Assembly (NCBI GenBank): GCA_031411835.1
Contig: JANOBV010000274.1
Location: 132-64,131 of the forward strand
Direction of reading: 5' to 3'
From: Bacteroidota bacterium
Lineage (GTDB): Bacteria > Bacteroidota > Bacteroidia > AKYH767-A > 2013-40CM-41-45
Length of the DNA: 64,000 nucleotides
Part shown: positions 38,718-48,011 of the stretch, one piece after another
How positions within the stretch are numbered: the first letter of the stretch is position 1
Layout of the letters: every line of letters begins with the position of its first letter
Notes under the pieces: generated by a model
Databases searched by the model: none
Seen by the model: the letters and a program-made list of their open reading frames with translations, nothing else
What the model was told of the DNA's origin: nothing
Translations under genes and position numbers: made by a program

Positions 38718-39131
38718 TCAACGATTTCTATTTAAGACTGCATCCTGTTGGTCTTGTGCTTGACGTGATGCTTCTGCAGCAAGTGACGCAGCAGCCAAAG
38801 AATCTTCTTTATTCCAATCTTTATCGCTTATCCTTATGAATGATATTGGATTGCCCGTTGCTCTGTCAAGAATTATATCGTTGCCCTCAATGTATTCGAA
38901 ATCTCCGTAGGAGGTCATGAGCATATTGTGAGAGAGTGTCATATTGTTGCGTTGGATTACAGTATTATTTGACTTGATCAAAGTGCAGGTGTAAATGTTC
39001 CCATACTTATCAATCTTTACTGCCTTAGAATAGGTTGGACTAGTCGCCTTCCAATAACCAACAATTGATTTAGACTCACAGGAACTAATAAGAATTGCCG
39101 ATAAGGATAATAGTTTTAGAATGTTTTTCAT
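38718..39131 (-). CDS. Lipoprotein of unknown function
   Basis: Internal start MKNILKLLSLSAILISSCESK (lipobox). The longer ORF-track start at 39185 is less likely. Confidence 0.55.
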   Translation of the reverse strand: MKNILKLLSLSAILISSCESKSIVGYWKATSPTYSKAVKIDKYGNIYTCTLIKSNNTVIQRNNMTLSHNMLMTSYGDFEYIEGNDIILDRATGNPISFIRISDKDWNKEDSLAAASLAAEASRQAQDQQDAVLNRNR

Positions 39132-39327
39132 GTTTTTATTTGTTTCGAAACAAAAATAAAAAACTTTTATAAAAAAAACTAACAAAACAATTGAAACATT
39201 CTCCTATTGCATTATCACAATCTGGACATTGCTTTCATTTTATAAAATATGTTGAACGGAAGATATAAAAAAATGTCGGGAAAACAAGTACGGCTCTGAG
39301 GTATATAAAAAAATAAAGAGCAACTAC

Positions 39328-39756
39328 ATGGGATGTGAAATTGACACACTACTACTACGGGGCGATAGCGGAATAACAAAAAAGGTTTACAAGACTGTGC
39401 ATGTCTGCTCGTCTTCTGTGCCCTTGCCGCAGATAAGTGAAGACGAGTGCATAGATTACGCCAAGCAACAGATAAAACGGGATCTACGTGAACGTATGTA
39501 TACCAACTCACTCGCTTGGTGTCCCGATACTATGAAGGAAGGCCTCGAAGCTTTTGCCTCTACCTGGATCGATAACAACATTAAATACGAACTGCGGGAC
39601 GACTACGAGAAAGATAATTTTGAAGATACCATCGTCTTCAAGTTGTACGTGATGTGCTACTACCAGCAAGGAAGATGCTATGAGAAAGATCTTGACATAT
39701 TAGAATCTCGCAGTTTCGATTTAGATGGCTACGAATTTCGAAACGAGAATTGTTGA
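39328..39756 (+). CDS. Hypothetical protein, translationally coupled to the glycosyltransferase-like gene
   Basis: 142-aa ORF. TGA stop immediately followed by the GTG start at 39757. Confidence 0.45.
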   Translation: MGCEIDTLLLRGDSGITKKVYKTVHVCSSSVPLPQISEDECIDYAKQQIKRDLRERMYTNSLAWCPDTMKEGLEAFASTWIDNNIKYELRDDYEKDNFEDTIVFKLYVMCYYQQGRCYEKDLDILESRSFDLDGYEFRNENC

Positions 39757-40443
39757 GTGAAGCTCGTAGCGATCATACCGACGCGAGGAGACAGGCCTGA
39801 GTTGTTGAAAAACACACTCGGGCTTCTCTCTTCTCAGACCATGCCGCCGGACTTTACAATGGTTGTAGGTCCGGACGTCGTGCCGGTCGCAGGCACAGAC
39901 ATCACCAGAAGATACAAGGCAGGTATCGCGGCGGCTTCGGCATCTGCCGATCTCATCATGTTCATAGAAGACGACGATTGGTACGGGCCGCGATACATCG
40001 AGACTATGTACTACGGTTGGCTCGAAGCGGGATCACCGCAATGCTTCGGGTGGGATCGCACGACGTACTACCACATCGTGTCACGCAAGCACATGACGAA
40101 CACTCACAAAGGGAGATCGTCAGCGATGAACACGATGATCACGTCGAAATCTATTTCTCACATCGGATTTCCGCTCGACTCGGAGCCGTTCTTCGACCTG
40201 CACGTCTGGAAATCGTTAAAGGGGAAATCTGTAACGCGTCGCGATCACGATCAACACTGCATCGGGATAAAACACGGGGTTGGAATGACCGGAGGAAAAG
40301 CACACGACAAAGACTGGAGGGGATTCACGACCGAAGATCCTGACATGTTTTGGTTGAAAGAGAGAGTGAACAGAGAGTCGTTTGAGTTGTATTCTAATAA
40401 AGAAAAGTTTTCGTTCCCTGCAGATCGCTCATGTGGTAGATGA
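39757..40443 (+). CDS. GT-A fold (family 2-like) glycosyltransferase
   Basis: VAIIPTRGDRPELL at the N-terminus and an acidic IMFIEDDDWY (DxD-type) motif. The gene is strongly GC-enriched. Confidence 0.55.
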   Translation: MKLVAIIPTRGDRPELLKNTLGLLSSQTMPPDFTMVVGPDVVPVAGTDITRRYKAGIAAASASADLIMFIEDDDWYGPRYIETMYYGWLEAGSPQCFGWDRTTYYHIVSRKHMTNTHKGRSSAMNTMITSKSISHIGFPLDSEPFFDLHVWKSLKGKSVTRRDHDQHCIGIKHGVGMTGGKAHDKDWRGFTTEDPDMFWLKERVNRESFELYSNKEKFSFPADRSCGR

Positions 40444-41413
40444 TTATTTTACAATTGTTGTCCCCGCGAAGAATGTAATTAGTGAGTGAGAAACTCATTG
40501 TGTATTCTAGGCTATAGAAAAGATTTTCCGAAGTGAATTTATTATCGTCATTTACTATAAAGATAATGTCGTGTTCTGGTCTATAGTTTCCCATCTGGCC
40601 CGATGGCTTAGTTTGATCAAACCAATTCCGGTACTGATGGTAGAGATTGACAATCTTTAAATCGATTTTTTCAGCATCGGATACACTTGCATAGATGTTG
40701 TTATCAATGATGACACTGATGTAATTACTCTGCGGCGGTCCGTCGTGTTCATCAAGAAACCCGTCCCAATATATTGTAGACGTGTTTGTTTTTCGAAAAA
40801 CATTAACATACACTTTGAGGTCATCCTCTGGATCTCGCCACATTCCGGTACTATCTCGCACCATTTTATCATGTGTCCATCCTGTTAGTGTTAGGAGATA
40901 TTTATGCACTGCTTGGCGCACTAGCTGTTTTGCTTGATCGAAGCTCATGTCGTTTGGTGCTTTTTCTGCAATGAATTCTTCGAATGTTCTCTTGCTTATA
41001 AGACCAAATAATTCGCTTTGATGGCTAATGTTGTTCGCGTATTGATAATCCAACCTTCGTTGATTCTCATCGAACGCACGTTTCATCTCTTCACGAGTGA
41101 GTTGATCTTTGTTAATAATGGTTTTAAGATATTCTGAATTAGTGCTGTCCTTCGTGTGAAGGTTAGCTCTGTATGTGGAATCGAGCTTTGCTACCTCTGC
41201 CTTTTGTTTTGCTTCAGAGTCCTTTTCTTTCGCGGCGGCCTCGCTCTGAGAACGCGAGGTTGCCCACGCCGTCGCGAAGATTACTATGATCGCAAATAGG
41301 CCAGTCAGCCTTCGTACGAGAAGATCTTTCTTTTTGTCGTTTTCGTATTTGTAAATCTGCAGTACGGCAACAGCGACAGATGCAACTACTGCGGTGATTT
41401 CAAAAGCTGTCAT
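40394..41413 (-). CDS. Membrane-anchored protein (two N-terminal TM helices, coiled-coil linker, unknown C-terminal domain); third gene of the DUF262 operon
   Basis: 339-aa ORF. ITAVVASVAVAVLQI and LFAIIVIFATAWAT helices, then the charged AAAKEKDSEAKQKAEVAKL. Confidence 0.65.
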   Translation of the reverse strand: MTAFEITAVVASVAVAVLQIYKYENDKKKDLLVRRLTGLFAIIVIFATAWATSRSQSEAAAKEKDSEAKQKAEVAKLDSTYRANLHTKDSTNSEYLKTIINKDQLTREEMKRAFDENQRRLDYQYANNISHQSELFGLISKRTFEEFIAEKAPNDMSFDQAKQLVRQAVHKYLLTLTGWTHDKMVRDSTGMWRDPEDDLKVYVNVFRKTNTSTIYWDGFLDEHDGPPQSNYISVIIDNNIYASVSDAEKIDLKIVNLYHQYRNWFDQTKPSGQMGNYRPEHDIIFIVNDDNKFTSENLFYSLEYTMSFSLTNYILRGDNNCKIIIYHMSDLQGTKTFLY

Positions 41414-41452
41414 AGATAAATCTAAAATTCATTGTACAAGTTTTTTTGCTTT

Positions 41453-41968
41453 TCAATAGCAGCCTGGTTCCCATGCTTTATTTTCATCATCTAGTGTCTT
41501 TAGATATTTTTGTGTAGATCCTCTGTTTATTAAAGCAAAGGAATCCGGGTTTGCTATAAATAGTATTTTTGATTTAATTCTTCCGGGATTTTCTAATCTT
41601 AAATCAATCACTGTAATTTTCTCGGAAGGACAATACTCAGAAAAATTCTTTAAATCTTTTTCGGGTTCATTATATTGCTCGTAATTAAAATCCGGATTAC
41701 AACAAGCACCGCCATTTAATAGATATTCAAATCCTTCTAGTTCCTTCTCAACAACAAATTTCTCACCTATTTTTCTTACCAATAAAATGCCTTCTCCATT
41801 TAATATTTCAGAAGTCAAATCTACATGGCTTTCGCCTAACAATAGGCCTCCTTTTTTGCCGTCTATGACTAGATTATTTGATAAGAGCAAATCAAAATCT
41901 TCTTTTGAAATTTCGACGCCCTTCAAGTCTTTCGAGTTTGCAAATATATTGTCCAGTATTTCCATCAA
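41453..41968 (-). CDS. Hypothetical cytoplasmic protein; second gene of the DUF262 operon
   Basis: 171-aa ORF. 12-nt gap after the DUF262 gene and 39-nt gap before the next gene. Confidence 0.6.
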   Translation of the reverse strand: MMEILDNIFANSKDLKGVEISKEDFDLLLSNNLVIDGKKGGLLLGESHVDLTSEILNGEGILLVRKIGEKFVVEKELEGFEYLLNGGACCNPDFNYEQYNEPEKDLKNFSEYCPSEKITVIDLRLENPGRIKSKILFIANPDSFALINRGSTQKYLKTLDDENKAWEPGCY

Positions 41969-41980
41969 GATCGTATTTAA

Positions 41981-43588
41981 CTAATCATCAAAATGGACTA
42001 ATTCTCTCAAATATTCAAGGACAAGTTCCGATCGGGCTACTATGAATCTTTCATAATCATTGGATTTATAAATGCTTTTAACATTTGGCAATAGATTGCT
42101 ATACATTATTCCATCGAATTCCTTTGATGGAATCTCTTTAAAGAAATAATCTTTAGGCTCTCGTTTGGAAATTGTTTTGTTAGAGTCTGCGGGCAAAAAA
42201 CAAAAATTCAATACGTTGTTTATGGCATCGGATTCCAAACCCTGACTTTTTAAATACGCGTTCGGAAATACGTGGTGGAATTCTTTTCTGTTGTATTCTG
42301 ATAACGCTTTTCCTAAGTCAATCGGGGAGTTTTTGATAAGATCAATGGGATTACGTTGTGCCATCATAAGCAGAAAAGCTCTAGTGAGATAATTGCTTTT
42401 GCTAAAATTTGTGTTAATCAATTGGGATTGATTAACTGTTGTGGGGTATGTTTCAAGTCCTCCATTATTTCCTGCTCTAAACTGGACCATGTTGTAAATG
42501 TCATAATTCATTTTTTGAGTAGTAGTACCTGTCACATATCTATTTGAAAATGCTGTTCTCCAAAACCAGTTTTTTAACCATGAGAGTTCTTTAGCTTTGA
42601 TCTTTCCCGGAATAGAGAAAAATTTAATTATTCCAACCAATTGTTGAATTGCAGGCAAAAAATCTTGATGAACACAATTGAGGCCGGTCGAAAGAAAATC
42701 AATTGCCTTTTTTACAGCAGCTGTATAATTTTTCCATTGTTGCCTTACAATTTTCCCGTCAAGTTTTAATACTGCTTGAGTAGTGCTATCATTTTGTATC
42801 ATCCCTGATAGTGATTGCAAGATGATTTGGTTTGGTACATGACCAAATCCTTTTGCTTCCAGTCTTTCGATTAGCTCGTGAGTCGATTCAAGAAGATGAA
42901 AATCATCGGTCCACGTCCAAGCTGTCATAAGATCCAATGTGGATAGTTTTGTTCCTGTGTTGTTGATCCTTTCAAAGATAATACCCACCTCTTCTTTTGA
43001 TCGATGTTTAATTGTTACTACTGGGATCTCATAATTTAAAAATCGTGAACACAACTCAGTCGCATCGTTATGATATTTCGTATCCAATTCGCTCAAGGCT
43101 GGAATCAATTTTGAAGTATTGATCAGGTTCTTTAAATGAATAACGGATTTGGAAAGTGCATCAATCTCGGTACTCGGTACAAATGTTTTATACTGGAAAT
43201 CATAGTGGATTTCAAAGAGGTCGAGATTAGGGTTGTAATTATCAGTAGAGCGATCTTGTTCTGTCTTGTCACTGAACACTGCATAGATTGATGACAATCT
43301 TTGTTGGCCATCGAGGACATAATTAAGAGGGTAATCCATTTCTGAATCAGGAATTTTATACCCTGCAATATTTCTTGTGTGCTTTAGTCTTTCTTTGGTA
43401 TACCATAACAAAACACTTCCAATGGGATAGTTGTCATTTATACTATCAAGCAATTCGATGATCTGATTTTGTTTCCACACATACGATCTTTGGAATGCAG
43501 GAATACGAATATCACCCGAGTTTATTCTCTGAATAAGTCGATCTATCTTTTCTGAGGTGGGGGTTAATTCCGGCTGTTTTATGCTCAT
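41981..43588 (-). CDS. DUF262 (ParB/Srx-like) protein with a C-terminal His-Me-like motif; GmrSD/BrxU/SspE-type nuclease candidate
   Basis: IRIPAFQRSYVWKQNQIIELLDSI..YPIGSVLLW and LDGQQRLSSIY in the N-terminal half. EFHHVFPNAYL...NNVLNFCFLPADSNKTIS near the C-terminus. Confidence 0.8.
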   Translation of the reverse strand: MSIKQPELTPTSEKIDRLIQRINSGDIRIPAFQRSYVWKQNQIIELLDSINDNYPIGSVLLWYTKERLKHTRNIAGYKIPDSEMDYPLNYVLDGQQRLSSIYAVFSDKTEQDRSTDNYNPNLDLFEIHYDFQYKTFVPSTEIDALSKSVIHLKNLINTSKLIPALSELDTKYHNDATELCSRFLNYEIPVVTIKHRSKEEVGIIFERINNTGTKLSTLDLMTAWTWTDDFHLLESTHELIERLEAKGFGHVPNQIILQSLSGMIQNDSTTQAVLKLDGKIVRQQWKNYTAAVKKAIDFLSTGLNCVHQDFLPAIQQLVGIIKFFSIPGKIKAKELSWLKNWFWRTAFSNRYVTGTTTQKMNYDIYNMVQFRAGNNGGLETYPTTVNQSQLINTNFSKSNYLTRAFLLMMAQRNPIDLIKNSPIDLGKALSEYNRKEFHHVFPNAYLKSQGLESDAINNVLNFCFLPADSNKTISKREPKDYFFKEIPSKEFDGIMYSNLLPNVKSIYKSNDYERFIVARSELVLEYLRELVHFDD

Positions 43589-44558
43589 AAAATTTTATAT
43601 TAAAATCTATTTAAGATTTGAGAAATATCGGAATAAAATTAAAATAAAAAAGGGAGACATTTCTGCCTCCTTTTAGTATATAGACTAACAATCGTTTTAT
43701 ATATCATTTGACTTTTAATCCCATCTCTTTGCAATGTGCCAGTATCTTTTCGATGATCGGTGCAGTGATTTGATTGCATTTTATGTGCGTCTTTCTTTAA
43801 ACTTCGAAAATGTCAACATCATCAATGAAGTTACACTTGCATGGGTTTGTCTTTACTCTTTCGCTTCCTTGATTGGGGCATAATATCCCAAACGTTGAAC
43901 CAATTTGTATGGACATACTTTTTGGATTACAAATTGAACAACCATCTACTGTATAACAAGTTTAAACATTTTGTTGATTCAATACATCAACAAATGATTT
44001 TAAATTGTATGTTAAAACTCAATCTGGATCTTGAGTTCAGATTGATTCATCGACTCAAGTCTAAAGGATTGAGAAATGTAAAGTTCAAACCCACGTCGTC
44101 CGACTTTCCGCATTCGACAGTTTGCGAGTTGACAGTCGGCTTAAGGCGAAAAATCGACAAGAGATTCATGGTGACAAAATCTGAAAATGTGATTGAATTC
44201 ACAAAAGAAAACCGCTACATGCAAGAAGAGATAGAGAATCATCTAACTGAGTTAAAACTCGCAAATCAAAACACAATCCCATGCTTTAATATTCAAACTC
44301 TATTACTAGAAATAGGAATTTAGCAATAATCAATATATTAAATAGCATATCTGTCATCACCTGAAAGTTTTTGCCTCATTAAACAAAAATCAAAATCAAA
44401 CCCTTCGTCTAACAGCTCTTCTATTTTTTTTTTGAACTTTTTATTTTGATACTGAGAATGCAATATCGAATAATACTTCCAATGCCAGTTCCCAATATTT
44501 TTGACTACATGATACTTTGGCCGTTTGAGATCATTATTAAAATCATCTATACATGACT

Positions 44559-44963
44559 TTATAGTTCCGTCTTAAAAGACCTCTGTCGGGCAATATAATC
44601 TTTGCGCATGGACAACAGTTGGCAGTTCTTTGCCGCAGTGGTGACAAGATTTTTTCGGATTTCATCCTCTGTTTTTATGTGCTTCTCATCAATCCAGGCT
44701 TCAGTTTTCTCTAAGTCGAACATTAATATTTTACCAATCTTACAGTAAGGAATATAATGCTTATCAACCCAGCTTTAGACTGTGCTGTAGACTGTCGCTT
44801 TAGACCAACCATATACTTGACATAGTTTATCAATGTTAACTTTGCGGGTTGAGCATGGCTTTTCAGATTCAGAAAATTTAAGCAAACTGATCTTCTCCTG
44901 AAAAATCAGTTCAAGTTGCTCGACTGTTAGATCGATGATTCGAAAATTGGGCGAATCCGACAT
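44559..44963 (-). pseudogene. Excisionase/HTH_17-type DNA-binding gene interrupted by an in-frame TAA
   Basis: ...KLCQVYGWSKATVYSTV-TAA(44775-44777)-SWVDKHYIPYCKIGKILMFDLEKTEAWIDEKH. The stop falls inside the helix-turn-helix/wing unit. Confidence 0.55.
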
Positions 44964-45023
44964 TTGACTGCAATACTATGCTGTCAGGCTAGTAATTTAC
45001 AAAGCACTCAAGGAAAGTGACTA

Positions 45024-45440
45024 TTAATTTAAAATAAAAAGTTCAGAAACCTGCAAAATAAGATCTTTACATGGTTGTTGCTTTACAGAAATCAGTTTGT
45101 GTGCATAACCAGATGAAATCTCTTTTACTGAATCTTCAACGTTATAATGGAAAAATCTTGAAATCCACTGTTCCAGATTCTTTTTTGAAGAAATGATCAA
45201 TTGTTTTGTTCGAAGCTGCAAGAAGGCATCTAAGAGTCGATTTGCCGGACCTAGGAACGAAACATGTTCTTCAATTGGATTTCCGCTCAAAAGAAAATTC
45301 AAGTTTTCATGTTCGGCCTAATCAAAGAATGGCGAGAGAATTTCAAACTCCATGCCAATGAATTTTTCATTGATGCGAATCTCCTTATTAATAAAATTAG
45401 AAGGCGACATGTCATGCAGTTTTCTCTTTAATTTACTCAT
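45024..45440 (-). pseudogene. Hypothetical gene interrupted by an in-frame TAG
   Basis: MSKLKRKLHDMSPSNFINKEIRINEKFIGMEFEILSPFFD-TAG(45318-45320)-AEHENLNFLLSGNPIEEH... in a single frame. Confidence 0.45.
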
Positions 45441-45716
45441 TACATAACCAATTCACTTCTTTTAAATCCATCCTTAAAAGCGATCCGTCTGAGCTTATCA
45501 TAAATAGTAAATTCAACACGTCCTATGATTGCATTTTTATTTTTTGCATAATAATTTTCTTTAAACCTACCATAATGATAGTTCAAAAAGGTATTGATCT
45601 TAAAAACATCCAACAGAACTAAATTGATGGGCAAAAAGATTGAATAAGTAGTATTATTGGAATCGACAATAAATGGCAAATGATTCTTTATCCTTTTCTC
45701 ATTTTTTTACGAAAAT

Positions 45717-45742
45717 TTCGCAATTTTCGTAAAAACCAAAAT
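45717..45742. promoter_or_regulatory. 26-bp near-perfect palindrome (operator or origin-like site)
   Basis: TTACGAAAATT-tcgc-AATTTTCGTAA, with one central mismatch. Confidence 0.6.
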
Positions 45743-46408
45743 TCAAAGAAATTTAAATTGGAATGTTGTAATCATTCGTACTATGAAATTAGCTTTTTGG
45801 TATTTTAGTCATGATATACACCAGCAAAAAAAGCAAATTCAAAAAACTAGAATTTATGGATTAATTCGATCAAAAGAAAATAAATGATTTTTCTTCTAGG
45901 ATATCCGCATTAATCCGTATTTATCCGCATCTGTTACTCATGCCAGCAAGTTTGAAAAAAAGGTATTAGCGTAAAAAAAAAGAAATTACGCAAATAAATA
46001 AAAGTCCAAAAATAAAAAAAGTAAATTCCACAAATTCCGCAAATTCCGCAAATTTAGAATTTTTCGTAAATTTAGAATTAAAATCATTTACACATTAATG
46101 TATGGGTTTCATTTAAATACAAAGCATCATTATAGAACACGAATATTAATCGTTTGCTTTAGTGATTTGAAAATACAGGAAATAAATTTTTTGATAGGTC
46201 AAACCTATCTTGATCTAAATTTAATTTAAAAAAAAAATTAAAGATGATTCAATGTGTTATCAATTTTCCTTGATCTTTTCCGAAAGTTGATGATAAAAAT
46301 ATAAACTGATGCATGCAACGGTTAGACTTATCACGCACAAAAGAATAAAAGGTGAATTGTCAGTTACATTTTTTTCAGGGAAACCTGATTCAAGTGGGTT
46401 AAATGATT

Positions 46409-46819
46409 TCATTTTCGTATTCTTAATAATAGTTTCTTTTCAATATGAATTTTATTTTTTTCGATCTCGTTTGTCCATGCATATAAGCAACAGGCAAAGT
46501 ATTTTATTCCTTTGCTTGAGAGTATTATTTCAGAGAATCTCTCTGGTCGGAAGGATGTATTCTTCAAGTGGTCTTCGTAGATACCATTCTTTTTCTTGGA
46601 GCTTTCGTATAAGCCTTCGAGTAATGAATCATTCATCATTAAAGGTTTAAGTACAAGATTCGCTCTCTTATTCCTTGAGCGCGCAATCCGGTTGTTGTGA
46701 ACCTCCTTACATTTTGGATGATATAGCTGATTTAAGCGACCATAAAACTCGCCGCCGCACTCTAAACATTCGTGCTTAAAACCTTTTCCAGCTATATATT
46801 CTAAATTCTCGTTTTCCAT
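46409..46819 (-). CDS. Zinc-ribbon protein
   Basis: 136-aa ORF. CLECGGEFYGRLNQLYHPKC motif (CxxC...HxxC). Confidence 0.6.
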   Translation of the reverse strand: MENENLEYIAGKGFKHECLECGGEFYGRLNQLYHPKCKEVHNNRIARSRNKRANLVLKPLMMNDSLLEGLYESSKKKNGIYEDHLKNTSFRPERFSEIILSSKGIKYFACCLYAWTNEIEKNKIHIEKKLLLRIRK

Positions 46820-46884
46820 GGTTTCAAATATATTAATAAAATCAACATATATGTTGATTTTATTAATATATTTGAAACCATGGA
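46815..46884. promoter_or_regulatory. Perfect 70-bp palindrome forming the whole divergent intergenic region
   Basis: Base-by-base pairing checked from centre 46849/46850 out to 46815/46884. It includes both start codons (46817-46819 minus, 46880-46882 plus). Confidence 0.9.
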
Positions 46885-47782
46885 TTTAGACAAAACTATA
46901 TACTACAAGTCAAAATATTTTGATTTGCGCCCATTTGTACTTGATGATACCGGGGTTACTCACAGAGAACTCTCCCATTGGGAAGAAAAAGATTTGCTGT
47001 TCTCTAAAACAGATTCAAATAAGTGGAAGCGCTTTAATCTAGTAGAACTTGCTTGGATCAGATTCATTGCTCAATTAAGAAAACTTAATATTGGGTTGAA
47101 GACAATAAAATTGATTAAGAAAGAATTGCTATCTGATATAAATCAAAACATAAAGGATGAAGTGCTTCTTTATGCAATTGATATATTAAAAAAATCGCAC
47201 CCCGATTTCCAAATGTCTGATGACAATAAAAAAGAATTACAACAAGTAATCGACAATCTTCAAATGTCATTTTTTGAAAGTTCTCTTTACGAAATGCTAA
47301 TTTTAAAGACACCCATATCAGTTGCAATCTCAATAAAAGCGAATACTGCAGATAAAGAAGTTGAATCTATCGATGACCAACTATTTATGGACCTCATACA
47401 TTGGCAAAGAGTCATTGACGAAAACGCTATGGACAAATTTCTGGACACTCTAAAGTCAACTTGTATTTGCATTTCATTGAATGAAATTCTTCAGGATGTA
47501 TTCAAGAATATATCTACCCTTAAATTATCAAAGCTTTTCAGTCTTACCCCTGCTGAAATAAAATTAATTTCTGAAGTAAGAAAATCAAAATATAAGTCTG
47601 TTGAAATTACATTTGACAATAATAACAAACCCAATCTAATAATTTCAACTGAACAAATTGAAATCACAAACCTAGCGAAACTATTAGAAGTTCTTTCTAA
47701 AAAGGGATATAGAAAGCTGAACCTAATTGAGGATAATGGAAAAATTGTTCACTTTGAAATTGCAAATAAAATAAAATTGTAA
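46880..47782 (+). CDS. MerR-like HTH protein with a long C-terminal extension
   Basis: TGVTHRELSHWEEKDLLFSK...RFNLVELAWIRFIAQLRKLNIGLKTIK resembles a MerR N-terminal domain. Confidence 0.65.
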   Translation: MDLDKTIYYKSKYFDLRPFVLDDTGVTHRELSHWEEKDLLFSKTDSNKWKRFNLVELAWIRFIAQLRKLNIGLKTIKLIKKELLSDINQNIKDEVLLYAIDILKKSHPDFQMSDDNKKELQQVIDNLQMSFFESSLYEMLILKTPISVAISIKANTADKEVESIDDQLFMDLIHWQRVIDENAMDKFLDTLKSTCICISLNEILQDVFKNISTLKLSKLFSLTPAEIKLISEVRKSKYKSVEITFDNNNKPNLIISTEQIEITNLAKLLEVLSKKGYRKLNLIEDNGKIVHFEIANKIKL

Positions 47783-47864
47783 CGGTACTAGAGATCCTAG
47801 ACCAACATTAAATTCTGGTGCCTTTATCTGATAAGCAGGGAAGCCACCGCGATTTAAATTTAAA

Positions 47865-48011
47865 ATGTTAACTATTGATGAAGCAAAGAAAATATTAAAC
47901 AAAGAAAACGAAGAATACACTGATAGCGAAGTTGAAATAATCCTAAAGGTCCTGCAAAGATTTACAGAACTTGAAATAGAATTTCTAAAACAAAAAGAAA
48001 TAGATGATTGA
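47865..48011 (+). CDS. Small leader ORF overlapping the recombinase start
   Basis: 48 codons, MLTIDEAKKILNKENEEYTDSEVEIILKVLQRFTELEIEFLKQKEIDD. 8-nt overlap with 48004. A homologous relic lies at 32420-32617. Confidence 0.5.
   Translation: MLTIDEAKKILNKENEEYTDSEVEIILKVLQRFTELEIEFLKQKEIDD

Noticed and set aside
40455-40475. Weak match (about 12 of 19 nt) to the tRNA-Arg 3' end (tccccgcgaagaatgtaa versus gccccgacaggaatcgaa) at the compositional break, as a possible att remnant
   Set aside because: The match is poor and lies inside the 339-aa coding sequence. Similarity at this level is expected by chance.
43841-44323. 160-aa plus-strand ORF between the DUF262 gene and the decayed HTH gene
   Set aside because: No motifs, an odd composition, and surrounding DNA that looks degraded. 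I could not support it as a real gene.
44775-45320. In-frame TAA/TAG read as evidence of stop-codon reassignment
   Set aside because: TAA, TAG and TGA all terminate long, well-supported genes throughout the window. Pseudogenisation or sequencing error is the simpler explanation.
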